Shown here in pieces: positions 1 through 9,404 of a stretch of 34,700 nucleotides of DNA. The stretch lies in contig CAZJUB010000007.1 of assembly GCA_964549075.1 (NCBI GenBank), forward strand, positions 4,214 through 38,913. Reading direction: 5' to 3'. The notes beneath the pieces were generated by a model. The model saw only the letters and a program-made list of their open reading frames with translations. It was not told where the DNA came from and did no database searches. A program made the position numbers and the translations under genes. The DNA is from an uncultured archaeon. Its GTDB lineage: Archaea > Asgardarchaeota > Heimdallarchaeia > Heimdallarchaeales > Heimdallarchaeaceae. Each line of letters starts with the position of its first letter. Position 1 is the stretch's first letter.

Positions 1-483
1 TCTGGATTAGTCATACCCTATGGTACTGATATTGAATTTTTTGGATATCGAAGCCCGATTGTAGACAGATTGCCCACAGAAGAAGATTTGAAAGAGTTTA
101 TTCAAAGCATGATGAAAATCAAAGATTTCAAGATGATACTTCCATCAAAATATCTAGAAGAACATAAACCAAAAGATTTAGGTTACATGAAAACTGGTAG
201 CTGGTCTCCTGATAGGAGATTAGACCTTTGGACAAAAGACGAAGATAATCAAAAATTGGAACGGTTATGCCAAGAAGCTCGTTGGTATTTTGCTCATCTC
301 CCAGAGACAGATATTACAGAAGAGATGTGGAAACATCTACTCCTTGCTGAAAATAGTGATGGACGTGGTTGGGACCCTCTACCAGAAAGACGGCTAGAAT
401 GCTTCTCTCATGCGTATGATGCGATTCATTTAGTAAAACAAAAATACTTGGACAGATACATTCGTAAAACTACTAAGAAATAA
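1..483 (+). CDS. Glycoside hydrolase family 57 protein (alpha-galactosidase-like subgroup), C-terminal part; 5'-truncated by the window edge
   Basis: Frame 1 is open from base 1 (SGLVIPYGTDIEFFGYRSPIVDRLPTEE...), so the TTG at 70 is not the start. The motifs GTDIEFFGY (GH57 acid/base region), SWSPD..LDLW and LLAENSDGRGWDPLPERRL resemble the Thermococcales GH57 alpha-galactosidase type. Confidence 0.75.
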   Translation, partial: SGLVIPYGTDIEFFGYRSPIVDRLPTEEDLKEFIQSMMKIKDFKMILPSKYLEEHKPKDLGYMKTGSWSPDRRLDLWTKDEDNQKLERLCQEARWYFAHLPETDITEEMWKHLLLAENSDGRGWDPLPERRLECFSHAYDAIHLVKQKYLDRYIRKTTKK

Positions 484-562
484 ATTTCAAGCAACAACAA
501 TCTTTATATTATTCTATTCATAATGCTATTTATTCGTTTAATGCCTTTGAAGTTGGAGTAAA

Positions 563-1396
563 ATGGAAATCGAAATATTTATTCATGAAGAGAATTGTGA
601 TCATTGTCAACCTTCCTTGAAATTCTTAACAGCTGTTATAAGTGCTCTTAAGACAGATGAAGTAAAAGTCATCGTACATCAAGTTAGTAAAAATAGAGAG
701 TCAGCTGAGAAAAAAGGCATACTATTAAACCAACTACCAGCAATTTTACTTCCTTCAGGTTGTATTATCGCAGGTCCTCTTTCCCACGATTTAATAGGAG
801 TTTTAGTATGTAGTCTACTCTCAAAATCTAAAGTTCCTATTCAATCAATTGATAGATTCGAACTAAGTAAAAAAGAAGCACCGTTGTTGATAAATTTAGC
901 ATCTGCTATGATTGAATATCAAGCAGCTTATACTTTGAGAAGAGATAGATCGTATCTTTTTGTAATTAAAGAAAATACTGACCAAATTCCAATTGAAAGA
1001 TATGAACAATTATCTAAGAACACTAAAATGATGGTGCTAACAAACTTTGATAAAAAGCCAAATTCTGAGCTGTATGAATTAGGTTTAGATTCAAACGTGT
1101 TTTTAGGACATATCATCAGAGATAATATTATTCTTGCAGCAAATTTAATAATTTGGCGAGATAGATCAAACCACGTTAGTTATTTTCGTGTTAGAAAAGT
1201 TGAAGGGGAAAAATATGTAGGCACTTGTTCTTGTTTACTTGGAGATGGTAAACAAATGATAAGAGAGTTCTTCAAGCCCTTATTTTTAACATCCTCAACC
1301 ATTGATGCTGGTGGAGTAAAAGGCACAGGTCAAAATAGGATAGTTGCCAATGTAAAAGATGTGAGTAATGATTTAGAACAATTACTTCGAAGATAA
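563..1396 (+). CDS. Thioredoxin-fold (CxxC) protein fused to a DICT-like sensory domain
   Basis: The N-terminus IEIFIHEENCDHCQP...AEKKGILLNQLPAILL is a Trx/glutaredoxin fold with CDHC and a cis-Pro-like motif. The C-terminal part LSKKEAPLLINLASAMIEYQA...ERYEQLSKNTKMMVL resembles a DICT pattern. SD-like GGAG lies just upstream of the ATG. Confidence 0.6.
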   Translation: MEIEIFIHEENCDHCQPSLKFLTAVISALKTDEVKVIVHQVSKNRESAEKKGILLNQLPAILLPSGCIIAGPLSHDLIGVLVCSLLSKSKVPIQSIDRFELSKKEAPLLINLASAMIEYQAAYTLRRDRSYLFVIKENTDQIPIERYEQLSKNTKMMVLTNFDKKPNSELYELGLDSNVFLGHIIRDNIILAANLIIWRDRSNHVSYFRVRKVEGEKYVGTCSCLLGDGKQMIREFFKPLFLTSSTIDAGGVKGTGQNRIVANVKDVSNDLEQLLRR

Positions 1397-1410
1397 AATG
1401 ATTAAATGTC

Positions 1411-1584
1411 TTATTTTAGTTTTCCAAAACCATCACATCGACCGAACTTAATCATACAATCCTCTGTCTTTGTTACATAATATTTACAAAAATCACCCAT
1501 GATTGGTTCATATTTTTCACAGTCAGCATCAGGATTTCCAGTTTTATCTCCGTGTTTGCTTGGTGGTAGGGGTATGTCAGCCAT
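1411..1584 (-). CDS. Small cysteine-rich hypothetical protein (57 aa)
   Basis: The likely start is ATG at 1584 (MADIPLPPSKHG...), preceded by GTGGGTTGA. It has four Cys spaced C-x10-C-x9-C-x6-C and fills otherwise non-coding space. Confidence 0.55.
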   Translation of the reverse strand: MADIPLPPSKHGDKTGNPDADCEKYEPIMGDFCKYYVTKTEDCMIKFGRCDGFGKLK

Positions 1585-1645
1585 TATATCAACCCACTTG
1601 ATTACGAATTCTAAATACATTTTATACTTTTCCTTAGACTCTATT

Positions 1646-1792
1646 CTAACCTAAAATATAATGCGGATTAGTTCTTTCACAATTTGGACAAGTTTCATCA
1701 AATTTGCTCAGAGGGGTCCCACAACCACTACATTTGAAAGGTTTATCTTCCTTTTCAGATTTAGGCCTTGGTAATTTTTGTTCTCCAAACAT
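1646..1792 (-). CDS. Zinc-ribbon microprotein (48 aa), absent from the ORF track
   Basis: Manual translation: MFGEQKLPRPKSEKEDKPFKCSGCGTPLSKFDETCPNCERTNPHYILG*. It has a CxxC-x10-CxxC zinc-ribbon signature. ATG at 1792, TAG at 1648-1646. Confidence 0.75.
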   Translation of the reverse strand: MFGEQKLPRPKSEKEDKPFKCSGCGTPLSKFDETCPNCERTNPHYILG

Positions 1793-1926
1793 TGTTTACT
1801 ATTATTGAAGAAGTAGTTAATAATTATTACGAGAGAGGAAGAAGAAATTAATACTCATCCACAATGCTTATTACGGGACTACAACCACTTAATGTTTAAA
1901 GATACAGAACAAAACTGGCGGTTAAT

Positions 1927-3447
1927 ATGATAAAATTAATTGTAAAAATCGAAAAATTATTAGATTCTGAGCCAGAATACATGCTTATAAATAATGAACT
2001 CGCTCAGAAATTTGACATTCTGCCAGGTCAATTAATAGAGATTTCACCTTTTAACTTTGGTCTAAAAGTATATACTTCTGACAAGTATCCTGCTGATACT
2101 ATAGGAATTTCAAGTGTCATTGCAAAAGAATATGGTATACACAAAGGTGATGAAATCGTTTTAAAAGATCTAACAAATGAAAATATTATTCACTTAATTC
2201 ACAAAAAAATGAGAGGAGAACAGCTAAAAGAAGGTGAAATTTATTCTATTTTCGAATCCATAGACAAGAATCTTATGCATCCAACACAAATAGCTGTTTT
2301 AATGTCTCTATTTCAAGTACAAGGTTTAACTCTGGATGAAACTACTTCAGTAGCTAAAGCAATTATTAAGAATTCTGTAGTAATAAATCCAAAGAAAAAA
2401 CCAGTTGTTGACAAACATAGTATTGGTGGAATTGCAGGTAATAGAATCACTCCTATTATGATACCTATTCTTGCAGCTGCAGGTTTAACAGTTCCTAAGG
2501 TTTCAACAAGAGCTATAACATCACCAGCAGGTACCATCGACACTGTAGAATTACTAATGCCGTGTGAACTTAAACTTGAAGAAATGATAAAGGTTGTAGA
2601 TGACACAGGTGGTTGTATTGTTAGTGGTGAGAGTGTTGGTCTTGCTGATATTTCAGACAAAATTATATCAGTTTTAGAAACAATAAAAATTGATCCAAAA
2701 GAATTTATGGTTGCGAGTATTCTTTCTAAAAAAATCGCAGCAGGTTCAGAATATGTACTCATAGATTTACCAACTGGTAAAGGAGCAAAAGTTGTACATA
2801 GAGAGAATGCACAAGAACTAGGAAGTTTGTTTACTTCTATTGGCTATTCTTTGAAAATTAGACTGGATTGTATTATTAGTCCAGGAGATAGACCTATTGG
2901 GAGCATGATTGGTCCTGCTTTAGAAGCTAAAGATGTTCTTCGAATTTTAACTGATCAGTCTGGTAGTGCTGATTTGATGAGAAAAGCATTATCTCTCTCT
3001 GGAATCATTTTTGAAGCAAATAACTGGTGCCCTAGAGGGTATGGCTTTGAATTTTCAGAAGAGATATTAAAAAGTGGGAAAGCACTAGCTAAATTTAAAG
3101 AAATTGTAACAGCTCAAGGTGGAGATGAAAATATCTCTGTTGATGACATTCCCACTGCAAGTTATATTGAGAGTATAAAAGCTAATAGTGATGGAGTTGT
3201 TTATTCTGTTGACAGTTCAGCTATATCTACTTTAGCCAGACAAGCTGGAGCTCCTGCAGATAAAACAGCTGGTATCCATTTGAAAATAAAACGAGGAGAT
3301 CGTTTCAAAAAAGGAGACACTCTATTCGAAATACATTCGTCATCGGAAGGGCGTTTAACCTCCGCTACTGAGCTAGTGCCAGAATTCCAACCTATTGATA
3401 TGGAAAAAATGATTTTGGATATAATTCATGGACCAACGGAGTTGTAA
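1927..3447 (+). CDS. deoA: AMP phosphorylase (archaeal NMP phosphorylase, thymidine phosphorylase family)
   Basis: Motifs VDKHSIGG, KVSTRAITSPAGTIDTVE, SILSKKIAAG, IDLPTGKGAKV, IGPALEA and AGAPADKTAGI, plus the extra N-terminal beta domain typical of AMPpases; 506 aa. Confidence 0.9.
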   Translation: MIKLIVKIEKLLDSEPEYMLINNELAQKFDILPGQLIEISPFNFGLKVYTSDKYPADTIGISSVIAKEYGIHKGDEIVLKDLTNENIIHLIHKKMRGEQLKEGEIYSIFESIDKNLMHPTQIAVLMSLFQVQGLTLDETTSVAKAIIKNSVVINPKKKPVVDKHSIGGIAGNRITPIMIPILAAAGLTVPKVSTRAITSPAGTIDTVELLMPCELKLEEMIKVVDDTGGCIVSGESVGLADISDKIISVLETIKIDPKEFMVASILSKKIAAGSEYVLIDLPTGKGAKVVHRENAQELGSLFTSIGYSLKIRLDCIISPGDRPIGSMIGPALEAKDVLRILTDQSGSADLMRKALSLSGIIFEANNWCPRGYGFEFSEEILKSGKALAKFKEIVTAQGGDENISVDDIPTASYIESIKANSDGVVYSVDSSAISTLARQAGAPADKTAGIHLKIKRGDRFKKGDTLFEIHSSSEGRLTSATELVPEFQPIDMEKMILDIIHGPTEL

Positions 3448-3455
3448 TATTTCGA

Positions 3456-3980
3456 ATGTTGGATGAAAATAAAATAAATTTTCATTATCAAGCATTTTCT
3501 TCTCCTAAAAACATGAATATAGATCTCTATTTGCAGAAATTAAAATCCGTACAAGAGAGTAGCACCTATCTTCAAATTCTTGATCCAACTTTAATTATAA
3601 GTGAAAGACATTTGCAGATTGCAATTTATCATACTCTTAAATCATTCGAACAAAAACGCAATATTGCGAGAGACAAAACAACAGAACTCTTGTTAAGAAT
3701 TTCAGGAAAAAATCAAATATCAGATGCAATAAGATTATATGGTGTCAAGCCATCAACAAGTATAATTTTAATAGTAGCATTCAGTGATCACATAAGAAAT
3801 AATAAAGAAATAATTGAGAGATTTTTAAAATCAATTCAAATCTCCGATGAAGAAGAAATAAATATAAAATTCCCTTTACTTAGCATTAAAGAATTAAGTC
3901 AAAAATATCAGTGTGAAGAGAATTTAAAGGAAATTGAAAAACGAGTATTAGAAAATATGGCTGCACTTTCTGTTGCATAG
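3456..3980 (+). CDS. cgi121: KEOPS complex subunit Cgi121
   Basis: QILDPTLIISERHLQIAIYHT...NIARDKTTELLLRISGKNQISDAIRLYGVK matches the Cgi121/TPRKB signature; 8 bp downstream of the AMP phosphorylase. Confidence 0.88.
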   Translation: MLDENKINFHYQAFSSPKNMNIDLYLQKLKSVQESSTYLQILDPTLIISERHLQIAIYHTLKSFEQKRNIARDKTTELLLRISGKNQISDAIRLYGVKPSTSIILIVAFSDHIRNNKEIIERFLKSIQISDEEEINIKFPLLSIKELSQKYQCEENLKEIEKRVLENMAALSVA

Positions 3981-3981
3981 A

Positions 3982-5016
3982 TTAATATGAGGGAATCCAT
4001 GCTTTTAAAAGCTGAAAACCCAATTCTCGATATTGTTTAACTATATCCTCTATCCTTTCTAGTTGTTCTCTTTCTTTCTGAGGAGAGGAGAAGATTATTG
4101 GTTTGATTTTATGTACCATACCTGTTAAAGAACCAATACCAGCTGTACTATATGCTTTCTTCCCACTCCCAGTCCTATATTCATAATCTGGTTCTACAAG
4201 AAGTTTGTTGTACCATAAAGGATGAGCAGAAATAATTTTGAATCCTTCAGATGATTGGTAAGAAACTGGATCCATTATATGCTGATTGAATTTTTCGATT
4301 GCAGCTTTATTAGGATGAAAAACATTTCTGCTGATAATTCCTTTAACATAGGTTTGAACGCTTTCAGTTTGCTCTATTATGTGGAAAGGTAAAATAGTTG
4401 AGACTTCTGTTATTGTAGCATCTATCTTATCAGAATGATAGATTTTATCTGCTGTATATATTTTACCCAGAAGATCTAAAGGTAAACATAAACCATTGAT
4501 TTCGAGAGAATCTTCCAAGTAATTACCGCGATCAACTGCAAATTCAGAATAGTAAATTCCAGGACCAAATATAACTGCAATTCTTTCATCTGTTAATTCT
4601 TTGAAAGTTTGTGTTTCATCAGTAAGCATTACAATTGTATCTCTACGTAAATCCATTACTGGTCGATCTAAAAAAACACCTTTATTTGTTGTACCGATAA
4701 GTTTTGTCCAAGAAGTTACTATTAATAATGAATTTAGATTTCTAGATTCCATTTCTTGTAAACGCATACTTTTCTTGTTATTTTCAAGAGCAATTATTTC
4801 TTCATCTATTCGTTTTAGAACATGCTCAGCTTCAGGAAGTCTTCTTGGAAAACCTTCATCAGCCATAAATGCTATTAATTCTCTCAGTGGGATTTCTCCT
4901 GTATCAAAATCGTAGAAGTTTGCTCCAGAACCATAATATTGTTTAAGAAGCTGTAATAAATCGATTTTTTTCTGGATTTCTATGTATTCTTTTGAGTCTT
5001 CAACTTTAAGTGACAT
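3982..5016 (-). CDS. Hypothetical protein (344 aa, soluble)
   Basis: Long ORF with ATG start and normal composition; N-terminal helical/coiled segment followed by an alpha/beta body; no family recognised. Confidence 0.8.
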   Translation of the reverse strand: MSLKVEDSKEYIEIQKKIDLLQLLKQYYGSGANFYDFDTGEIPLRELIAFMADEGFPRRLPEAEHVLKRIDEEIIALENNKKSMRLQEMESRNLNSLLIVTSWTKLIGTTNKGVFLDRPVMDLRRDTIVMLTDETQTFKELTDERIAVIFGPGIYYSEFAVDRGNYLEDSLEINGLCLPLDLLGKIYTADKIYHSDKIDATITEVSTILPFHIIEQTESVQTYVKGIISRNVFHPNKAAIEKFNQHIMDPVSYQSSEGFKIISAHPLWYNKLLVEPDYEYRTGSGKKAYSTAGIGSLTGMVHKIKPIIFSSPQKEREQLERIEDIVKQYRELGFQLLKAWIPSY

Positions 5017-5103
5017 TGTTTAGCATACTTCCATAAATTGTACTGCAAGAACTGCTTTAGTTAATACATGTATTCATGTATTTATTCTTTTTGAGATATG
5101 TAA

Positions 5104-6087
5104 TCATGATGGATAGTTTCCAGTCTCAATTAAATAAGAAGCACTTTCAATTGCAAACAAAAGAGAATCTTCAACCGAGTTATTGTTGAAAAAAGAATGG
5201 ATAAATGCTCCATTAAAACAATCTCCCGCTCCAACAAATGTAGTCTTTTTAGTAAGATGTTTTGTTTTTAATTTAATTTGATTTTTTCCATAAAAAATAA
5301 CTTCATCAGCTGAATGAAATATGATTGGTATATGAAGGAATTCATATAGTTCTTGTGGATTTTTCTGAAATTGTCCAGTTAAGCATTTTAATTCTCTTTC
5401 ATTAAGTGATAGAAATTTATCCCCTTCTAACTTTTTCAATTCAGACAAAAAGATTTGAAGTTCTAGAAGTTTTTTAAAATGAGATATATCACTTGGATCA
5501 ATAAATAATATACCATCAAAATAAGTTGTTTTTTGGTCTTTCAAAATTGATAAAGGATCTGTTTGTTTGTGAATATACTCAAGGACATCTGAAGTCCATA
5601 AGCTTAATACAAGAGAACTATTCCACTCTATTGAAGTTGGATTTAGTGCAATGTTACTAACTGATTTTAACGGACTTTTTCTGTAACAATCTATAATATC
5701 AGCGGATAAATGTTCAGTAGAAAGATAACTTTTTACTGAATTAAATTGGATTTCACCTTCTTGAAGATTAATTATACCAGTAAAGTTTACTTCTGCATTT
5801 TTTATTGGTTTGATTTTCAGAGCTATTTTTTGCTCTTTTACTAGATTCTCATATAATGGTGAAGATGGACCAACAAAGGTAACAGAACGACCGAAATTGG
5901 AAAGAGTACGACACAAATTAAAACCATTTCCACCAGGAATAAGATTGATGGAGGTTTGTGAATGGTGAGAACCTAATGGAGGAAAGTTGGCAATTAAAGA
6001 GCTATTGTCTTCATTAAAAGGCAGAATATTGATATCTATAAAAGTTGGATCAAATCCACCGTAAATCATATCCTTATTTTTTATCAA
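5104..6087 (-). CDS. PfkB/ribokinase family carbohydrate or nucleoside kinase
   Basis: N-terminal PGGNGFNL...FVG motif, LNERE, and C-terminal TFVGAGDCFNGAF anion-hole motif. Start is TTG 6087 or ATG 6069. Confidence 0.85.
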   Translation of the reverse strand: MIKNKDMIYGGFDPTFIDINILPFNEDNSSLIANFPPLGSHHSQTSINLIPGGNGFNLCRTLSNFGRSVTFVGPSSPLYENLVKEQKIALKIKPIKNAEVNFTGIINLQEGEIQFNSVKSYLSTEHLSADIIDCYRKSPLKSVSNIALNPTSIEWNSSLVLSLWTSDVLEYIHKQTDPLSILKDQKTTYFDGILFIDPSDISHFKKLLELQIFLSELKKLEGDKFLSLNERELKCLTGQFQKNPQELYEFLHIPIIFHSADEVIFYGKNQIKLKTKHLTKKTTFVGAGDCFNGAFIHSFFNNNSVEDSLLFAIESASYLIETGNYPS

Positions 6088-6096
6088 TTGCTACAC

Positions 6097-8118
6097 TCAC
6101 ATTTTTTCTAGAGTATCAATTCCCATAACTTCAAACAAACTTTCAAGGCATTTTGTTATTGAATAAACCAGCAAGATTCGAGTTTCAAGAATATCTTTTT
6201 CTTGTGCAATAAGAACTGGACAAGAATCATAAAATTTGTGAAATGTTGATGCCAAAGAATAGGTAAAGTTAGCTACAGAATCAGGTTTTTTAGTGTTGTA
6301 GGATTTAATGAGTATATGTGGTAATTCTTCAATCATCTTGATAAGATCCCATTCTATTTCTGTTTTTATTTTCAAGCTTACATTTTTTGCATTAGCAATA
6401 ATTTCATTAAATTTAATGCCTTTTTCTGGAGCCTTAAGTAAAATATTTAATGCCCTAGCATATGAATATTGAAGAAAAGGACCGGAATTTTCATTTGGAT
6501 CTACTGCTTTTTTAACATCAAATTTAATTGTTTTTTGAGGATCCATTTTCAAGATATGATATTTAACGCTGCTTGAAGAGACTTTTTGCGCTATTTCATC
6601 CATTTGATCTTCTGGATATTCTCGAGGTTTTAGAATTTCATATATTTCCTTCTGAGTTAATTCATATATCTCATCTGGTGTAACATATTCAAATTCTCTT
6701 CCAGCCATTTTCCGTCCTATTAATGAGACATATTCATAATCATAGTGCTCAATTTTATCTGCAAGTTCAGGTTTTCCTAAAGCATACAATGCAAGTTTGA
6801 CACCTTGTTGAGCTAACTGCTGTTGTTTACTTATTACGTTATAACAGTAAGTGGCGTTAAATATATCCAGTTTATGCAGATGATAAACAATATCACGGCA
6901 AACATATAGTGTTATACCTTCAGAATTCACAATAATTAGATCAGGTATTTCATGTTTAATACCATATTTTTCCTTATATGATGTCTCAGATGCGATTTTA
7001 TCACAGAGAAGAATTCTTGCTTCGCCCTCGTGTCTGAGATATCCTTTTTTACTCAATTTATTTAGGATTTGAGGAACTTCACCAGACCAAGCATAAGCAG
7101 ATTCCCAATCATAATCATCAATGAATATATTTAACATCTTAAGCGTTTCAACATGTCCGGTTAAAACTTTCTCCGTTAATTCTCTAAACTGCCCTACTAC
7201 ACTCTTATCCTTACCTTCCTGATATTTTCTAACATATTCAGTTGTTTGAGAATTCAAATCTTCAATGTTGTCTGAAGTTTCCTTATACAGTATTTCATAC
7301 AATTTAGGTAGACGCTTTTTAAGTGAAGATTGTACTCTTAGAAGCTTACCTAACTGTGCAGAAATTTTATTTTCAGCATTATCAATTCTGTCAGAAGTCT
7401 TTAGTATTTTCTCGTATTCTTTTACCTCTTCGTTAGTAAGAGCATATTTTGAGGAAATTAAATTTTGATTAGGATTTGCAGATAGGAATAAAATCTTTAT
7501 TTGGTTAATTTCTAGCAAGGTATTCATAATTGCATATAATTTACCAATCCAAAGATCAATCTTTGAATCAGGGTGTACTTTGTTTTTTATTAACTGATAT
7601 CCAATTACTAAAGGAGCTATTTGTCTTCCTAAGTCATTAACGTAGTATCTCACATTTACTTTAGCGCCTAGAAATTTACATAAACGTCCTATAACATCTC
7701 CTATAATAGAACTTCGAGCATTACCTACATGCAAAGGACCAGTAGGATTAGAAGAAGTGTGCTCAACTATAATTCGCTCTTCCGATAAAAGAACATTGGC
7801 ACCATATTTCTCTTGTTCGAAAATATTCTGAAAGACTCTAGAAGTAAATTCCTCTTGTTTTAGAAATATGTTCAGAAATCCGCCTTGTAAAACTGATTTT
7901 TTTATGAAATCTGATTTGGGTAATTTTTCCAATATAAAATTTCCAATATCTTGTGGAGATTTATTCAAATCTTTTGCAACATTAAATAAAGGAAAACTAA
8001 AATCTCCAACTTCAGAAGATCGAGGAAATGTCCAAATAACTTCTAAATCTTCATCGAATTCTTTTTTTAGAATTTCAATTATTGATTCCTTGATTTCATC
8101 ATATACCCTTGGATACAT
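6097..8118 (-). CDS. argS: Arginine--tRNA ligase
   Basis: VEHTSSNPTGPLHVGNAR (HIGH region), YYVNDLGRQ, KMAGR (KMSKS-like), GPFLQYSYARA, and FHKFYDSCPVL in the DALR domain. Confidence 0.97.
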   Translation of the reverse strand: MYPRVYDEIKESIIEILKKEFDEDLEVIWTFPRSSEVGDFSFPLFNVAKDLNKSPQDIGNFILEKLPKSDFIKKSVLQGGFLNIFLKQEEFTSRVFQNIFEQEKYGANVLLSEERIIVEHTSSNPTGPLHVGNARSSIIGDVIGRLCKFLGAKVNVRYYVNDLGRQIAPLVIGYQLIKNKVHPDSKIDLWIGKLYAIMNTLLEINQIKILFLSANPNQNLISSKYALTNEEVKEYEKILKTSDRIDNAENKISAQLGKLLRVQSSLKKRLPKLYEILYKETSDNIEDLNSQTTEYVRKYQEGKDKSVVGQFRELTEKVLTGHVETLKMLNIFIDDYDWESAYAWSGEVPQILNKLSKKGYLRHEGEARILLCDKIASETSYKEKYGIKHEIPDLIIVNSEGITLYVCRDIVYHLHKLDIFNATYCYNVISKQQQLAQQGVKLALYALGKPELADKIEHYDYEYVSLIGRKMAGREFEYVTPDEIYELTQKEIYEILKPREYPEDQMDEIAQKVSSSSVKYHILKMDPQKTIKFDVKKAVDPNENSGPFLQYSYARALNILLKAPEKGIKFNEIIANAKNVSLKIKTEIEWDLIKMIEELPHILIKSYNTKKPDSVANFTYSLASTFHKFYDSCPVLIAQEKDILETRILLVYSITKCLESLFEVMGIDTLEKM

Positions 8119-8316
8119 AAAAGCTAGACACCATTATTTACTGTTAAGGACTAGTCTTAGACACTAATTTTACCTATTGAGACTTCGGAAGTATATACTT
8201 AAACTTTCCTTCCCAAGGTTGTTTTACATAGACTTTTATTTACTAGAAAAATGTGACACACTAACAGATATATACTAGTGTTTAAAAAAGCAAACAAGCT
8301 AGCAAAATGAATAAAA

Positions 8317-8655
8317 GTGATAAAATTGGAAAACGTAGCGGACGTAACTTTTGAGGAATTTGAAGAGATATTACAAACAGAAACTAAACCCATCATTGTT
8401 GATACATGGGCTCCATGGTGTGGTCCATGTAAAGGGATTGAACCTTTGTTTGTACATTTAGCAGAACAACATTCTGATAAAATAAGATTTGTTCGAATGA
8501 ATATGGATACAGAGTCAGCGTTTGCCCAGAAACACATGATTTCTAGCTTACCAACATTTGTAGTATTTAAAGATGGAAAACCTTTCAATTCCATAATAGG
8601 TGCAAAAAGGGATAAGTTAAAAGAACTTGTAGAAAAAACAGCTAAAAATAGCTAA
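8317..8655 (+). CDS. trxA: Thioredoxin
   Basis: VDTWAPWCGPCK active site and ISSLPTF cis-Pro loop; about 110 aa. Start is GTG 8317 or TTG 8326. Confidence 0.93.
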   Translation: MIKLENVADVTFEEFEEILQTETKPIIVDTWAPWCGPCKGIEPLFVHLAEQHSDKIRFVRMNMDTESAFAQKHMISSLPTFVVFKDGKPFNSIIGAKRDKLKELVEKTAKNS

Positions 8656-8722
8656 CGAAATCTTTTTTACGCTAAATTTTTAGGGTAGTTTCTTTCTTTT
8701 TCTATTAGACTATATCTAGTAA

Positions 8723-9358
8723 GTGAAAAAAGTGGCTTCTGAGCAAAGGAAATTTACTTTTCCAAATGGATTATATGAGTATTTGGTAAGAAAAGCGAAT
8801 GCAGCTGTTAGTGAGCTGTTCATTAGTATTTCTTTTCCTGTTTTGGAAATAAAATTTCTCAATGCAAGAAGGAAGGGCAGTCAGAAAACTGTCGATTGGT
8901 TATTTGAAGAACTTTCAAAAAGAATTGTCCGCGTAACCAGAAAATATCAGTTAAAAATTGATCAGGTTTCACATCGAAAAGATATTATGATTAATTTTAT
9001 CATGGAAAAGAGCTACCAACAGATAAACATAACAGGATATCACTACATACCGCTTAAATCCTTCGGAAATATTTTATCAATAGCAGTTTGGAGTTACATT
9101 GTATATATAACTGGGAACAAACCTAGTGAAAACGAAGAAGCACAGAGACTCCACAAAAAATACACAGAAAGTTTTGAGGAATTCAAAAATTATTGGAATA
9201 GAATGCCACGAAAGAAAAGACCTACTTATCAAAATTATGCATGTTATATTTGCGGAGAACCTGCTTTTGCACTCAATGTTTGGACCTATAAGACAAAAGA
9301 CAAAGATTTAGAGGTGACTACACCTGTCTGTAAAAAGCACCGAGATAGGTTAGTGTAG
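8723..9358 (+). CDS. Hypothetical basic protein with C-terminal CxxC...CxxH zinc finger
   Basis: CYICGEPA...TPVCKKH at the C-terminus; K/R-rich segment RMPRKKRP; GTG start. Confidence 0.7.
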   Translation: MKKVASEQRKFTFPNGLYEYLVRKANAAVSELFISISFPVLEIKFLNARRKGSQKTVDWLFEELSKRIVRVTRKYQLKIDQVSHRKDIMINFIMEKSYQQINITGYHYIPLKSFGNILSIAVWSYIVYITGNKPSENEEAQRLHKKYTESFEEFKNYWNRMPRKKRPTYQNYACYICGEPAFALNVWTYKTKDKDLEVTTPVCKKHRDRLV

Positions 9359-9404
9359 GTTAATATATGAGAAGGTTTAAATTTTACAGAGAGGTTCTAA
9401 CTTA

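Noticed and set aside
563-8655. Selenocysteine or stop-codon readthrough in the redox proteins
   Set aside because: Both thioredoxin-fold active sites are ordinary Cys codons, and I noticed no gene interrupted by an in-frame TGA/TAG.
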